A stretch of 64,000 nt of DNA from Longimicrobiales bacterium (GTDB taxonomy: Bacteria > Gemmatimonadota > Gemmatimonadetes > Longimicrobiales > Gaopeijiaceae). Positions 1 through 8,397 of the stretch are shown here, piece after piece. The position numbers and the translations under genes are program-made. Within the stretch, counting starts at the first letter, position 1. Each line of letters opens with the position of its first letter. Below the pieces are notes generated by a model. It was not told the origin of the DNA, did not search any database, and saw only the letters and a program-made list of their open reading frames with translations. The DNA is taken from assembly GCA_041690395.1 (NCBI GenBank), contig JAWLHJ010000001.1, forward strand, positions 832,001-896,000, given 5' to 3'.

Positions 1-415
1 TGGCCGGGGCGCCGTCGCCGGGCCAGTCGCGGTGGGCCAGGTAGCCTTCGGCGCGGTCCAGCAGCCGTTCCCGGGCGACCGGTGCGTTCACGTGGGTCGA
101 TGCCGTAGGGCCGCGGAGCGCCAGGGCGAGGCAGAGCGTTTCCTCGGGCGTGAGCCGCGTGGGGCGCTCGAATCCGTCGGCGCGGGACACCTCGACGCGA
201 TCGGCCTGCAGCAGGATCTGCACGTCGTCCAGCCAACCCCCCGGATGGTAGAAGTTGCGCTCGGTGACTTCCTGCAGGTCCTGGAGGATGCGCACCTCGG
301 GCACGTCGAGCTCGGCGGCGAGATCGGTCAGGCGGGCGCCGCCGGGCCGCGCGGCGGCGGGCAGGACGTGGAGCAGGCGCTGCAGTCGATCCTGTGCGGT
401 GCGGCCGTCGGTCAT
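1..415 (-). CDS. PafC-like WYL-domain transcriptional regulator, N-terminal part (runs off window start)
   Basis: Not in the ORF track. ATG at 415 overlaps the TGA of the upstream gene (ATGA). Translates MTDGRTAQDRLQRLLHVLPAA...LTDLAAELDV...ILQDL...FERPTRLTPEETLCLALAL, matching the PafC wHTH and 'RPLRLT.EA.AL' linker. Confidence 0.8.
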   Translation of the reverse strand, partial: MTDGRTAQDRLQRLLHVLPAAARPGGARLTDLAAELDVPEVRILQDLQEVTERNFYHPGGWLDDVQILLQADRVEVSRADGFERPTRLTPEETLCLALALRGPTASTHVNAPVARERLLDRAEGYLAHRDWPGDGAPA

Positions 416-1557
416 CGGTGCTCCGGGTCGGAGTAACGGCGCATCACGTCCGTGACGAGCTCGGTGAACGCCGCCGCAAGCGGCTCGGGCGCGACGACGC
501 GGGCGTCGCCGGCCAGGCTGAGGATCCAGCGGAGGAAAGGGTCGCGCCGGAGCACGCGAAACCGGCGGAGCTGGCTGCCGTCGTCCCTGTCCTCGACGAG
601 GGTGCCGTGATCGTTCCGCTCGGCCCACAGCGACCGTGGGAAGGCGAACCACACATCGGCCTCGACGGGCCCGTCCCGGTCCTCGCCGATCTCCCAGGCC
701 GCCCGGCCCGCGTACTCCCCGAGCGCGAATCCCTCGGGAACCTCGTAATCGGCGTCCTTCTTCTTGCCGCGGACCAGCGCGACGTCCCGCATGCGCCCGA
801 GCCGGTACATCCGCTTCGCGTCCTGATCCACGTCGCGCCCGACCAGGTACCAGCGACCGTGCTGGAAGAGGAGCCCGTACGGCTCGACGTGGCGGGGCTC
901 GTCCATGTCGCGGGTCATGCCCCGGTAGTCGAAGCGGACGGCCTTGCGGCGCTGGACGGCGTCGGAGAGCAGCCGGAGCGGCTCGCGGCTCGCGGCCGTC
1001 TCGGGATCCTCGGCGTAGACGACCGGCGCTTCCCGTGCGAGCCCCGGATCGAGATCGAACGCCAGCTTCCGGAACGCGGAGCGCGCGGACGTCCGGAGCG
1101 GGAAGGCCGGGAGCGCGGATAGCTCGCTCAGCCCCTCGAGCGCGGCGCGGGCCTCGGGCGCCTCGATGGGGAAGTCGCTGGCGCCCGGGCTGGCGGCGGC
1201 GCCCGACGGGCCCTCGCCACCGGCCGGCCCCTCCGCCTCACCCCGCGCCTCGGCCACGAGGCGGAGGTACGGCAGGTGGAAGTCCTTCGCGCCGAGCCGG
1301 TACCCTGCGGTCTCCTCGCGCCCGGAGTGGATCGAAAAGGGAACGGTCTCGATGGGGATCCCGAGCCCGCGAAGCTCGTCCTTGTCGCGCTCGAACATGC
1401 GCCGGACGGTCTGCTTCGCCTTCTCGTCGCCCTCGAGGCCCGCCTCGTACGCCGGGACGGCCTCCCAGAGCTGCTCGACGGTCACCGGGAACCGCCGGCC
1501 CGCGAGATAGGCGATGACGTCGAGCCAACGTTGGAGCTTGGTGGGTCGTGTGGCCAT
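412..1557 (-). CDS. PafB-like HTH-WYL-WCX transcriptional regulator
   Basis: Start trimmed to MATRPTKLQRWLD. PafB-type 'RRMFERDKDELRGLGIPIET'; WYL core 'VEPYGLLFQHGRWYLVG...RMYRLGRM'; WCX end 'WILSLAGDARVVAP'. Confidence 0.88.
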   Translation of the reverse strand: MATRPTKLQRWLDVIAYLAGRRFPVTVEQLWEAVPAYEAGLEGDEKAKQTVRRMFERDKDELRGLGIPIETVPFSIHSGREETAGYRLGAKDFHLPYLRLVAEARGEAEGPAGGEGPSGAAASPGASDFPIEAPEARAALEGLSELSALPAFPLRTSARSAFRKLAFDLDPGLAREAPVVYAEDPETAASREPLRLLSDAVQRRKAVRFDYRGMTRDMDEPRHVEPYGLLFQHGRWYLVGRDVDQDAKRMYRLGRMRDVALVRGKKKDADYEVPEGFALGEYAGRAAWEIGEDRDGPVEADVWFAFPRSLWAERNDHGTLVEDRDDGSQLRRFRVLRRDPFLRWILSLAGDARVVAPEPLAAAFTELVTDVMRRYSDPEHR

Positions 1558-1562
1558 TGCGC

Positions 1563-1584
1563 AGCATAGATGGGACCTGTGACG
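1563..1584 (-). promoter_or_regulatory. PafBC/RecA-NDp-like promoter CGTCAC-N10-TATGCT, probably leaderless
   Basis: Minus strand reads CGTCAC AGGTCCCATC TATGCT GCGCA ATG; no Shine-Dalgarno; the same motif occurs at 11977-11999. Confidence 0.55.
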
Positions 1585-1607
1585 CTCGGACGAAAGGGGT
1601 GATCTCT

Positions 1608-2783
1608 CTAGTTCACCACCGCCGCCTCGTACGCCCCCCGCACCAGTGTCCCCAGATTCCACTCGTTGTTGCTGCGTGAGTTGGTGAACACCACGACCTC
1701 GACGCCGGTGGTGGGGAAGACCATCACCTGAGTGCGGCCGCCGGGGCCGCCGGTACCCGTGGAACGACTCCCGTTCTTGCGCGGATAGGTGCCGTGGGCG
1801 CCGCTGGAGTGATTGGGGCCGTCCCACCCCAGGCGGACGTCATCCATGGTCGCGCGCTGCTCGGTGCTGAGGAGGTCTTCGGTATGGCGCAGATACGCCA
1901 TGAATCGTGCGAATTCCCGGGGCGACAGATACCATCCGCCGCTGGCGCAGTACATGGTCCGGTCGTCCGGGAGGGCCGAGATGCCGGTTTCGAGACGGTA
2001 GAAGAGGGTGGTCGTCGCGCGGGCGTCCACGCAGTCGGTGTCCGTGATGCCGATGGGCTCGAGGATCTGCGACACCACGTACTGCCGGTACCAGAAGCTG
2101 GCGGACGTGGCCGTCACCTGGTGATCGGCGGTCGGGCCCCCCGGCAGCCCCGCCCACATCTTGGGGATCATCGCCTGGAACACGGCGAAGTTCAGATTCT
2201 GGTACGTGTACGTCTTCGGCAGCGGGGTGCCGTTGGCCAGAGAGTCGCGCATTCCCTCCCAACTCTGTGTCACGGCGGCGTTCTGCAGAGTGCTTCGCAC
2301 CCCCGACCGGTGCGAGAGCAGCTCACGGAAGCGAAGGTTCCTCACCGACGCGGGCGCGTTCCATTCCGGAGGAAGCCACCGGCCGATCAGCGAGTCCACC
2401 GTGAGGTCCTGGGCATCGATGAGCTGCAGGGCCGCCACCGTGGTCAGCAGCTTGCTCAGGCTGAAGACGATCATGGTCCGGTCGATGGACTGGGCGACGC
2501 CACCGTCCGATGGACCTCGGGCCCACCCGGCGGCGCCATTCCGCGCCATCTGGCCGTTCTGGGAGATGACGTAGGCATAGCCGTAGGTCGTGGTGTCCAG
2601 TGCCGTGCGGATCCGCGTCTCGAGCGTATCGAGATCGATCTCGGGGCCCTGAGGCGCCTGGATCTGCGTGGGCCCGGGGTTGGCCACCTCGTTGCACGCC
2701 AGAGGCGCCACGATCAGGAGGAGTAGCCCGAGAAGGGACCGGGACAGGCGGCCGCGTGGCGGCGCGGGGGTGGGCAGGGACAT
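1608..2783 (-). CDS. Serine hydrolase, beta-lactamase/AmpC-like family lipoprotein
   Basis: SxxK (SLSK), LLSHRSG, YxN (YQN), KNG; lipobox LAC. Confidence 0.8.
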   Translation of the reverse strand: MSLPTPAPPRGRLSRSLLGLLLLIVAPLACNEVANPGPTQIQAPQGPEIDLDTLETRIRTALDTTTYGYAYVISQNGQMARNGAAGWARGPSDGGVAQSIDRTMIVFSLSKLLTTVAALQLIDAQDLTVDSLIGRWLPPEWNAPASVRNLRFRELLSHRSGVRSTLQNAAVTQSWEGMRDSLANGTPLPKTYTYQNLNFAVFQAMIPKMWAGLPGGPTADHQVTATSASFWYRQYVVSQILEPIGITDTDCVDARATTTLFYRLETGISALPDDRTMYCASGGWYLSPREFARFMAYLRHTEDLLSTEQRATMDDVRLGWDGPNHSSGAHGTYPRKNGSRSTGTGGPGGRTQVMVFPTTGVEVVVFTNSRSNNEWNLGTLVRGAYEAAVVN

Positions 2784-2896
2784 GGCCGAGCTCTGGGTTG
2801 GGGCCGTGGTGAGAAGGGCTCCTTCCAAACTCCGCCCCGAGCGCCGCTTGTGCGCAAGGTTCATGTGCCGGTTGGCACGATGAGCGCCCCCATCCC

Positions 2897-3583
2897 ATGA
2901 TCGATCCCATGACCCACTCCGTGCGCCGCCACCTCCGCGTGGACATCGACGACTACGACGCCACCATCCGGTGCTTCATTCCCGGGTACGAGCGGATGCT
3001 CGCGGTGGCCGCGGACGCCGTCGCCCAGGGCCGGCCGGGCCACGTGGTCGACCTGGGGGCCGGCACCGGCGGGCTCTCGGAGGTGCTGTTGGAGCGGGAC
3101 GAAGTGGGAACGGTCCAGCTCCTGGACGTCGATCCGGAGATGCTGGCTCGGGCCCGCTCACGCCTGGAGCGCTTCGGCGACCGGGCCCGCTTCACCCTCC
3201 GCTCCTACGACGAGCCCTTCGAGCCGTGCGACGCCTTCGCGGCATCGCTCTCCCTGCACCATATCCCGACGTTGGATGGCAAGACGACGCTCTTCCGGCG
3301 GGCCTTCGAGGCCCTCCTTCCGTGGGGCGTGCTGGTGAACGCCGACGTGAACATGCCCGAGGATGCGGAGGAGCGGCGGGCGCTCTACGCGCACTGGGCC
3401 GATCACCAGGTCCGCTCCGGCATCCCCGAAGAGCGGGCCTGGGCGCACTTCGAGGAGTGGGCCGAAGAGGACACGTACCTGCCGCTCGAGGCCGAGCTCG
3501 CGGCGCTCCGGAGCGTGGGGTTCCGGGCCGAGCGGGTGTGGAACGACGGGCCGGTGGGGGTGGTCGTGGCGCGGAAGGAGTGA
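2897..3583 (+). CDS. Class I SAM-dependent methyltransferase
   Basis: VVDLGAGTG motif I, SLSLHHI, L.P.G.LVNAD; start may be 2909. Confidence 0.85.
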   Translation: MIDPMTHSVRRHLRVDIDDYDATIRCFIPGYERMLAVAADAVAQGRPGHVVDLGAGTGGLSEVLLERDEVGTVQLLDVDPEMLARARSRLERFGDRARFTLRSYDEPFEPCDAFAASLSLHHIPTLDGKTTLFRRAFEALLPWGVLVNADVNMPEDAEERRALYAHWADHQVRSGIPEERAWAHFEEWAEEDTYLPLEAELAALRSVGFRAERVWNDGPVGVVVARKE

Positions 3584-3654
3584 GCCGGGACGGGCCCGGC
3601 ACACACCTTGCCCCTTTCCAGGGTGGGTCCACACCATCCAAAGGGAGAACCACC

Positions 3655-3717
3655 ATGCGCGGAGTCGGAATCGGCACCATCATCCTGATCATCATCCTCG
3701 TCATCATCATTTTCTGA
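3655..3717 (+). CDS. 20-aa hydrophobic small protein MRGVGIGTIILIIILVIIIF
   Basis: Purine-rich RBS (AAGGGAG) before ATG; ATC-dominated codons; single TM-like stretch. Confidence 0.55.
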   Translation: MRGVGIGTIILIIILVIIIF

Positions 3718-3755
3718 CGCGTCAGCGCGTCGGTTGACGTCGCGAGGGAGCGATC

Positions 3756-4571
3756 ATGCGATGGAAGGGAGGACCGCGCAGCTCGAACGTCTCGGACCGG
3801 CGCGCGGGAGGTCCGCTCGCGATCGGCGGTGGGCTGGGCGGAGTCGTGCTCGTGGTTCTCTACCTCGTGTTGGGCGGAGACCCGGCGCAGCTCCAGCAGG
3901 GCGGCGCGACCACCGGTAGCGCTCCCCCGGCCGAGGGTCAGGACGAGCGGCTCGACTTCGCCTCGGTCATCCTCGCGAGCACGGAGGGCGTCTGGACCGC
4001 GCTGTTCGAAGGGGCGGGCGCGCGCTACCGCGCCCCCAGCATGGTCGTGTTCTCCGGACGCACCCCCTCGGCGTGCGGCACGGGCTCGTCGGCCATGGGC
4101 CCGTTCTACTGCCCGCCCGACGAGACCATCTATCTCGATCTGACGTTCTTCGACGACCTGGCCCGGCTCGGCGGCCCCGGGGACTTCGCCGCGGCGTACG
4201 TGATCGGTCACGAGGTCGGGCACCACGTGCAGAACCTCCTCGGAACCTCGGACGAAGTGCGCAGGCAGCAGTCCCGCGCATCCGAGGTGGAAGCCAACGC
4301 GCTGTCCGTGGGACTCGAGCTCCAGGCCGACTGCTACGCGGGCGTGTGGGCGTTCCACTCGGAGCAGGAGCGCAACTGGCTCGAGCCCGGGGACGTGAAC
4401 GAGGGCCTGGCCGCGGCCGCCGCCATCGGAGACGACCGGTTGCAGCGCCGCGCCGGAGGCGACGTCGTGCCGGAGAGCTTCACGCACGGGACCGCGGCCG
4501 AGCGGCAGCGTTGGCTGCGCGTGGGGCTGGAGACCGGCGATGCGGGGGCGTGCGACTCAGCGGGTGATTGA
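3756..4571 (+). CDS. Neutral zinc metallopeptidase (YpfJ/Zn_peptidase family)
   Basis: GPFYCP.D..IY.D, HEVGHHVQ, ELQADCYAG, PESFTHG. Confidence 0.9.
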   Translation: MRWKGGPRSSNVSDRRAGGPLAIGGGLGGVVLVVLYLVLGGDPAQLQQGGATTGSAPPAEGQDERLDFASVILASTEGVWTALFEGAGARYRAPSMVVFSGRTPSACGTGSSAMGPFYCPPDETIYLDLTFFDDLARLGGPGDFAAAYVIGHEVGHHVQNLLGTSDEVRRQQSRASEVEANALSVGLELQADCYAGVWAFHSEQERNWLEPGDVNEGLAAAAAIGDDRLQRRAGGDVVPESFTHGTAAERQRWLRVGLETGDAGACDSAGD

Positions 4572-5246
4572 CGCCTCGTCCCCAACGCCCTTCCGGTACA
4601 ACCCGTTCACCGTCACCCGCCGCCCACGCTCGGTCTCCACCCGCACCGTGTCGCTCGGTTCCTCGGGCCTGAGCCCCCGGCGCGCCATTGCCGCGTCCAA
4701 GGTGGGTGCGTCCACCAGCACGGCCCGTCCCCCTGGGAGACCCTCGTAGACGCCGGGCTGGTCGGGTACCGGTCGCGTGCCCTCACCCGTGAGGTCGACC
4801 TCCGGCGTGAAATGGGCGACGAGCAGCAAGCCCCCGGGCGCGAGCACGCGCGCCGTCTCGTCGAGCGCCACGCGCCACTCCTCCAGACTCCCGGCGTTCT
4901 GATAGAGGCCGAGCGCCACCACGAGATCGAAGGTCGCGTCGGCGAAGTCCCCGAGGTCGTCCATGCGACCCTGGCGGACGCGGCGTTCGGCTTCCTCGCG
5001 GCCCAGGACGGGGCTCACCCGGGCGCGGGTCCGCTCGACCATCGGCTGCGACGCGTCAGTCGCCCACACGTCGAACCCGCGCTCGGCGAGGAGCACGGTG
5101 TTGCGGCCGCCCGCGCATCCGAGGTCGAGCACCCGCGTCGCCCCGGGGTGGACGACGTCGTCGGCCAGCCGGACGAGCCGGTGGTCCGGCTCCCGATCCG
5201 CGAAGCGCTCCACGGTCTCCGGCTGGTCCCAGAACGGATTCGTCAT
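4557..5246 (-). CDS. Class I SAM-dependent methyltransferase
   Basis: VLDLGCAGGRN, FDLVV, RVLAPGG; start MTNPFW. Confidence 0.8.
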   Translation of the reverse strand: MTNPFWDQPETVERFADREPDHRLVRLADDVVHPGATRVLDLGCAGGRNTVLLAERGFDVWATDASQPMVERTRARVSPVLGREEAERRVRQGRMDDLGDFADATFDLVVALGLYQNAGSLEEWRVALDETARVLAPGGLLLVAHFTPEVDLTGEGTRPVPDQPGVYEGLPGGRAVLVDAPTLDAAMARRGLRPEEPSDTVRVETERGRRVTVNGLYRKGVGDEASITR

Positions 5247-5337
5247 CGTTTGAGCTCCTCTCCATCGGACCAGTGTGCCGGACCGGCGCCCAGGCGCTAA
5301 CGTGGTGAAGCGTTCCACCGCCGAACCCGGAGTCCCC

Positions 5338-5664
5338 ATGTCCGTGACCCCCGACTTCCGCGCCTACGTCGAGGAGCAGCTCGGCCGGGTGGTGCCCGTC
5401 ACCACCCGCCGCATGTTCGGCGGCCTCGGCATCTACGGCCGAGGGCTCTTCTTCGCCCTGGCCTCCGACAACATGCTGTACTTCAAGGCCGGCGACGAGA
5501 ACCTGCCGGATTTCGAGGCGCGCGGCTGCGAGCCGTTCCGCCCCTACGGCGACGACCGCGCCATGCGCTACTACGAGGTGCCCGGCGACGTGCTCGAGGA
5601 CCTCGAGCTGCTCGAGGCGTGGGTCGAGAAGGCGCTGGCGGTGGCGAGATCGGCGAAGCGCTGA
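5338..5664 (+). CDS. TfoX/Sxy N-terminal domain protein
   Basis: RRMFGGLGIY, LYFK, PFRPY, YYEVP..VLED. Confidence 0.85.
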   Translation: MSVTPDFRAYVEEQLGRVVPVTTRRMFGGLGIYGRGLFFALASDNMLYFKAGDENLPDFEARGCEPFRPYGDDRAMRYYEVPGDVLEDLELLEAWVEKALAVARSAKR

Positions 5665-5764
5665 CCCGGACCGTCCATCTCGGGAGCGGGTAGGGAGAAG
5701 CGTGACCGGACCGGTAGACATCGTTTGTCCCGGCCGCCGGTGATCGCTGACACGGGAGGCAGAG

Positions 5765-6520
5765 ATGGGCGTATTCGACGGCAGGATCGCGATCGTGACG
5801 GGCGGCGGCTCGGGGCTCGGTGAGGCGATCGGGAAGGATCTCGCCGCACGGGGCGCCACGGTCGTCCTCACGGACATCCGGCTGGACGCGGCCGAGCGCG
5901 TGGCCGCCGAGATCCGTGCGGACGGCGGCTCGGCCGAAGCCATCGAGCAGGACGCGTCGAAGCCCGACGACGCCGAGAAGGTCGTGCGGCACGTTGTCGA
6001 CGAGCACGGCGCGCTCCACTACGCGGTGAACAACGCGGGGATCGGCGGCGCCCAGGCACCGGCCGGCGAGACCGACCTGGACGAGTGGAACCGTGTCATC
6101 GCCGTGAACCTGAACGGCGTGCTCTACGGCATGCGCTACCAGATCCCCGCCATGCTGGAAGCGGGGGCGGACCAGTGCGCCATCGTAAACATGGCCTCGA
6201 TCCACGGCATGGTGGCCGCCATCGGGAACGGTGCGTACACCGCGGCCAAGCATGGCGTCGTCGGCCTGACGAAGAACGCCGCCGCCGAGTACGGTCCGCA
6301 CGGGCTGCGCATCAACTGTGTGGGCCCGGCCTATATCGAGACGCCTTTGCTCGCCGGGCTTCCGGACGACGTTCGCGAGGGCCTAGTCGCACGGCATCCG
6401 CTCGGCCGGCTCGGCCAGCCACGGGAAGTGGCACCGCTCGTGCGGTTCCTCCTCTCCGACGAGGCGTCGTTCATGACTGGCGGATACTATCTGGTCGACG
6501 GAGGCTACACGAGCGTCTGA
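5765..6520 (+). CDS. SDR family oxidoreductase
   Basis: TGGGSGLG, NNAG, YTAAK, GGYYLVDGG; GGAGG RBS. Confidence 0.92.
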   Translation: MGVFDGRIAIVTGGGSGLGEAIGKDLAARGATVVLTDIRLDAAERVAAEIRADGGSAEAIEQDASKPDDAEKVVRHVVDEHGALHYAVNNAGIGGAQAPAGETDLDEWNRVIAVNLNGVLYGMRYQIPAMLEAGADQCAIVNMASIHGMVAAIGNGAYTAAKHGVVGLTKNAAAEYGPHGLRINCVGPAYIETPLLAGLPDDVREGLVARHPLGRLGQPREVAPLVRFLLSDEASFMTGGYYLVDGGYTSV

Positions 6521-6534
6521 CGTACCCGGTACGC

Positions 6535-7167
6535 TCAGCTCCCTCCACCGCGCTCGATGTTCGTGACGACGATGGTCTGAGGCACGCCGCATCTGCTCTC
6601 GAGCACGATGCGGCCCTCGACCACCACGGTGTCGCCGACCGCGACCGCATTCGGTGGAACCCCCTCGAGCGCGTATCGGATGTCGTCCTGGTCGCGGAGT
6701 CCCAGGCAGCCGGCGGAGGCCTCACGCACCCGACCGGTGCGACGGACCAGCCCCTCCTCGTTGGTGACGTGGAAGGCATCCGACAGGGCCAGCGGTCGGA
6801 AGTAGATGTCGAACGCGATGAACGCGTGCGGCCGGTCCCATCGTGCCCATTCGGGGACCTCGACCTCGACCGCGAACTTGCCGTCCATCCCCGTCATCAG
6901 GTCGTGGAAGGCCTCGAAGCCGACGCGGCTCGCGCCGATACCGACCCAGATCGGCGTGATCATCGGCATCTCGGCGCTCGACACCCTCACTTGCGTGCCC
7001 GCGGGGCCGGCCCTCGGCTCGATCGACTCGATGCGTCGTAGGACGTTCTCCCGCACGTGGGGAAGGTCGGGGTCTGGATCCTGGGCAGAGAGCGCCAGGG
7101 GCCCGGCGAGGATGGCCGAGCAGAGGACGGGGGCCGCCAACGAGTGGCGGGTCGAAGCAAAGAACAT
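6535..7167 (-). CDS. Exported hypothetical protein (Ig-like N-part, OB-fold-like C-part)
   Basis: AAGGAGG RBS before MFFASTR; signal peptide ending ALSA-QD; C-terminal 'GCLGLRD...YAL...GDTVVVEG...C'. Confidence 0.6.
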   Translation of the reverse strand: MFFASTRHSLAAPVLCSAILAGPLALSAQDPDPDLPHVRENVLRRIESIEPRAGPAGTQVRVSSAEMPMITPIWVGIGASRVGFEAFHDLMTGMDGKFAVEVEVPEWARWDRPHAFIAFDIYFRPLALSDAFHVTNEEGLVRRTGRVREASAGCLGLRDQDDIRYALEGVPPNAVAVGDTVVVEGRIVLESRCGVPQTIVVTNIERGGGS

Positions 7168-7275
7168 GATCCCTCCTTGGACGGGGCTCAGTGCCCGCAT
7201 CCACCCTTCAACGTGGGGGACGGATGGCTGTCCCGCCAGTATCGGCTCGACCGCTACCTTCTTACCTTGGCCGCC

Positions 7276-8397
7276 ATGCCTTCCCGCCCGACGTTCACCG
7301 CCCCCGAGATCGCCCGCCTCCGCCTCCAGGCGCTGGGGCTGGGCGGGCCCGCGGCGGCGTCCGACGTGGCTGGAGTGGTGAGCCATCACCTGGCCATGCA
7401 GGCGCAGGACTTCCCGGCGTCCCGGTGGGCCGTGGGCTCCCGGCTCCCGGGCAGCGCCGACGCCGACGTGATGGCGGCCTACGACGCGGGGCTCATCGTG
7501 CGCTCCTGGCCCATGCGAGGCACCGTGCATGTGGTGTCCGCCCCCGATCTCCCCTGGATGCTGGAGCATCTCGGCCCCCGGGCGCTCTCCGGCGTTCAGG
7601 GCCGGTGGAAGTATCTGGGGATCGACGAGGCGTTCCTGGAGCGCGCCCGTGACGTGGCCGTCGAGCTCCTCCGCGGCGGTGGCCGTGCCACCCGCGCCGA
7701 GCTCACCGAGGCCTGCCAGGGCGCCGGCCTCGACGTGACGGGGCAGCGGAGCTATCACACCGTCTGGTACCTCTCCCAGACGGGCACGCTGATCCAGGGC
7801 CCTACGCGCGACGGCGAGCAGGAGCTCGTCCTGCTGGACGAGTGGATCCCCGAGCCACGGGTGCTGGACCGGCCGTCCGCGCTCCGGGAGTTGGGCGTCC
7901 GCTACCTCCGGGCCCGGGGCCCGGCCACTGTCGAGGATCTGGTCCACTGGACGAAGCTCACCAAGACGGACGCGCGTAAGGCGCTGGACGTGGACGGGGA
8001 GCGGATCGTGGAGGTGGACGCGCCGGGTGGGCCGTACCGCATGTTGGCCGAGCAACTCGACACGTTGGACCCCGGAAGCCCCGATGTGGACGAGGCGGTA
8101 CTGGCCCTGGCGGCCTTCGACGAGCATCTCCTGGGATACCGGGTCAGGGACTGCGTGCTCGATCCGGAGCACGCCACGCGGGTGGATCCCGGCCGCAACG
8201 GCGTTTTCCGGTGGACCGTGGTGGCCGGCGGGCGCGTGGTCGGCACCTGGAAGCGCACCCGCCGCACGCACCACGTGCTGGTCGATGTCGAGCCGTTCGG
8301 ACGGCTGCCGGCGAGGGTCCGGAAGGCAGTCCCGGGCGCGATCGAGGCATGGGGACGCTTCGCGGGCGTGGAGGTCAGGGTGCGGGGGACGGGGTAG
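7276..8397 (+). CDS. AlkZ/YcaQ (HTH_42) family DNA glycosylase
   Basis: QxQ motif MQAQD, RSWPMRGTVH, GPATVEDLVHW, L.AFDEHLLGY, GRVVGTW. Confidence 0.85.
   Translation: MPSRPTFTAPEIARLRLQALGLGGPAAASDVAGVVSHHLAMQAQDFPASRWAVGSRLPGSADADVMAAYDAGLIVRSWPMRGTVHVVSAPDLPWMLEHLGPRALSGVQGRWKYLGIDEAFLERARDVAVELLRGGGRATRAELTEACQGAGLDVTGQRSYHTVWYLSQTGTLIQGPTRDGEQELVLLDEWIPEPRVLDRPSALRELGVRYLRARGPATVEDLVHWTKLTKTDARKALDVDGERIVEVDAPGGPYRMLAEQLDTLDPGSPDVDEAVLALAAFDEHLLGYRVRDCVLDPEHATRVDPGRNGVFRWTVVAGGRVVGTWKRTRRTHHVLVDVEPFGRLPARVRKAVPGAIEAWGRFAGVEVRVRGTG

Noticed and set aside
1608..2783. Antibiotic-resistance beta-lactamase
   Set aside because: Generic serine-hydrolase family motifs only; substrate cannot be inferred.
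7240..7260. PafBC-type promoter before the AlkZ-like gene (TATCGG-N9-TACCTT)
   Set aside because: Spacer is one base short and the -26 box is mismatched; too weak to call.
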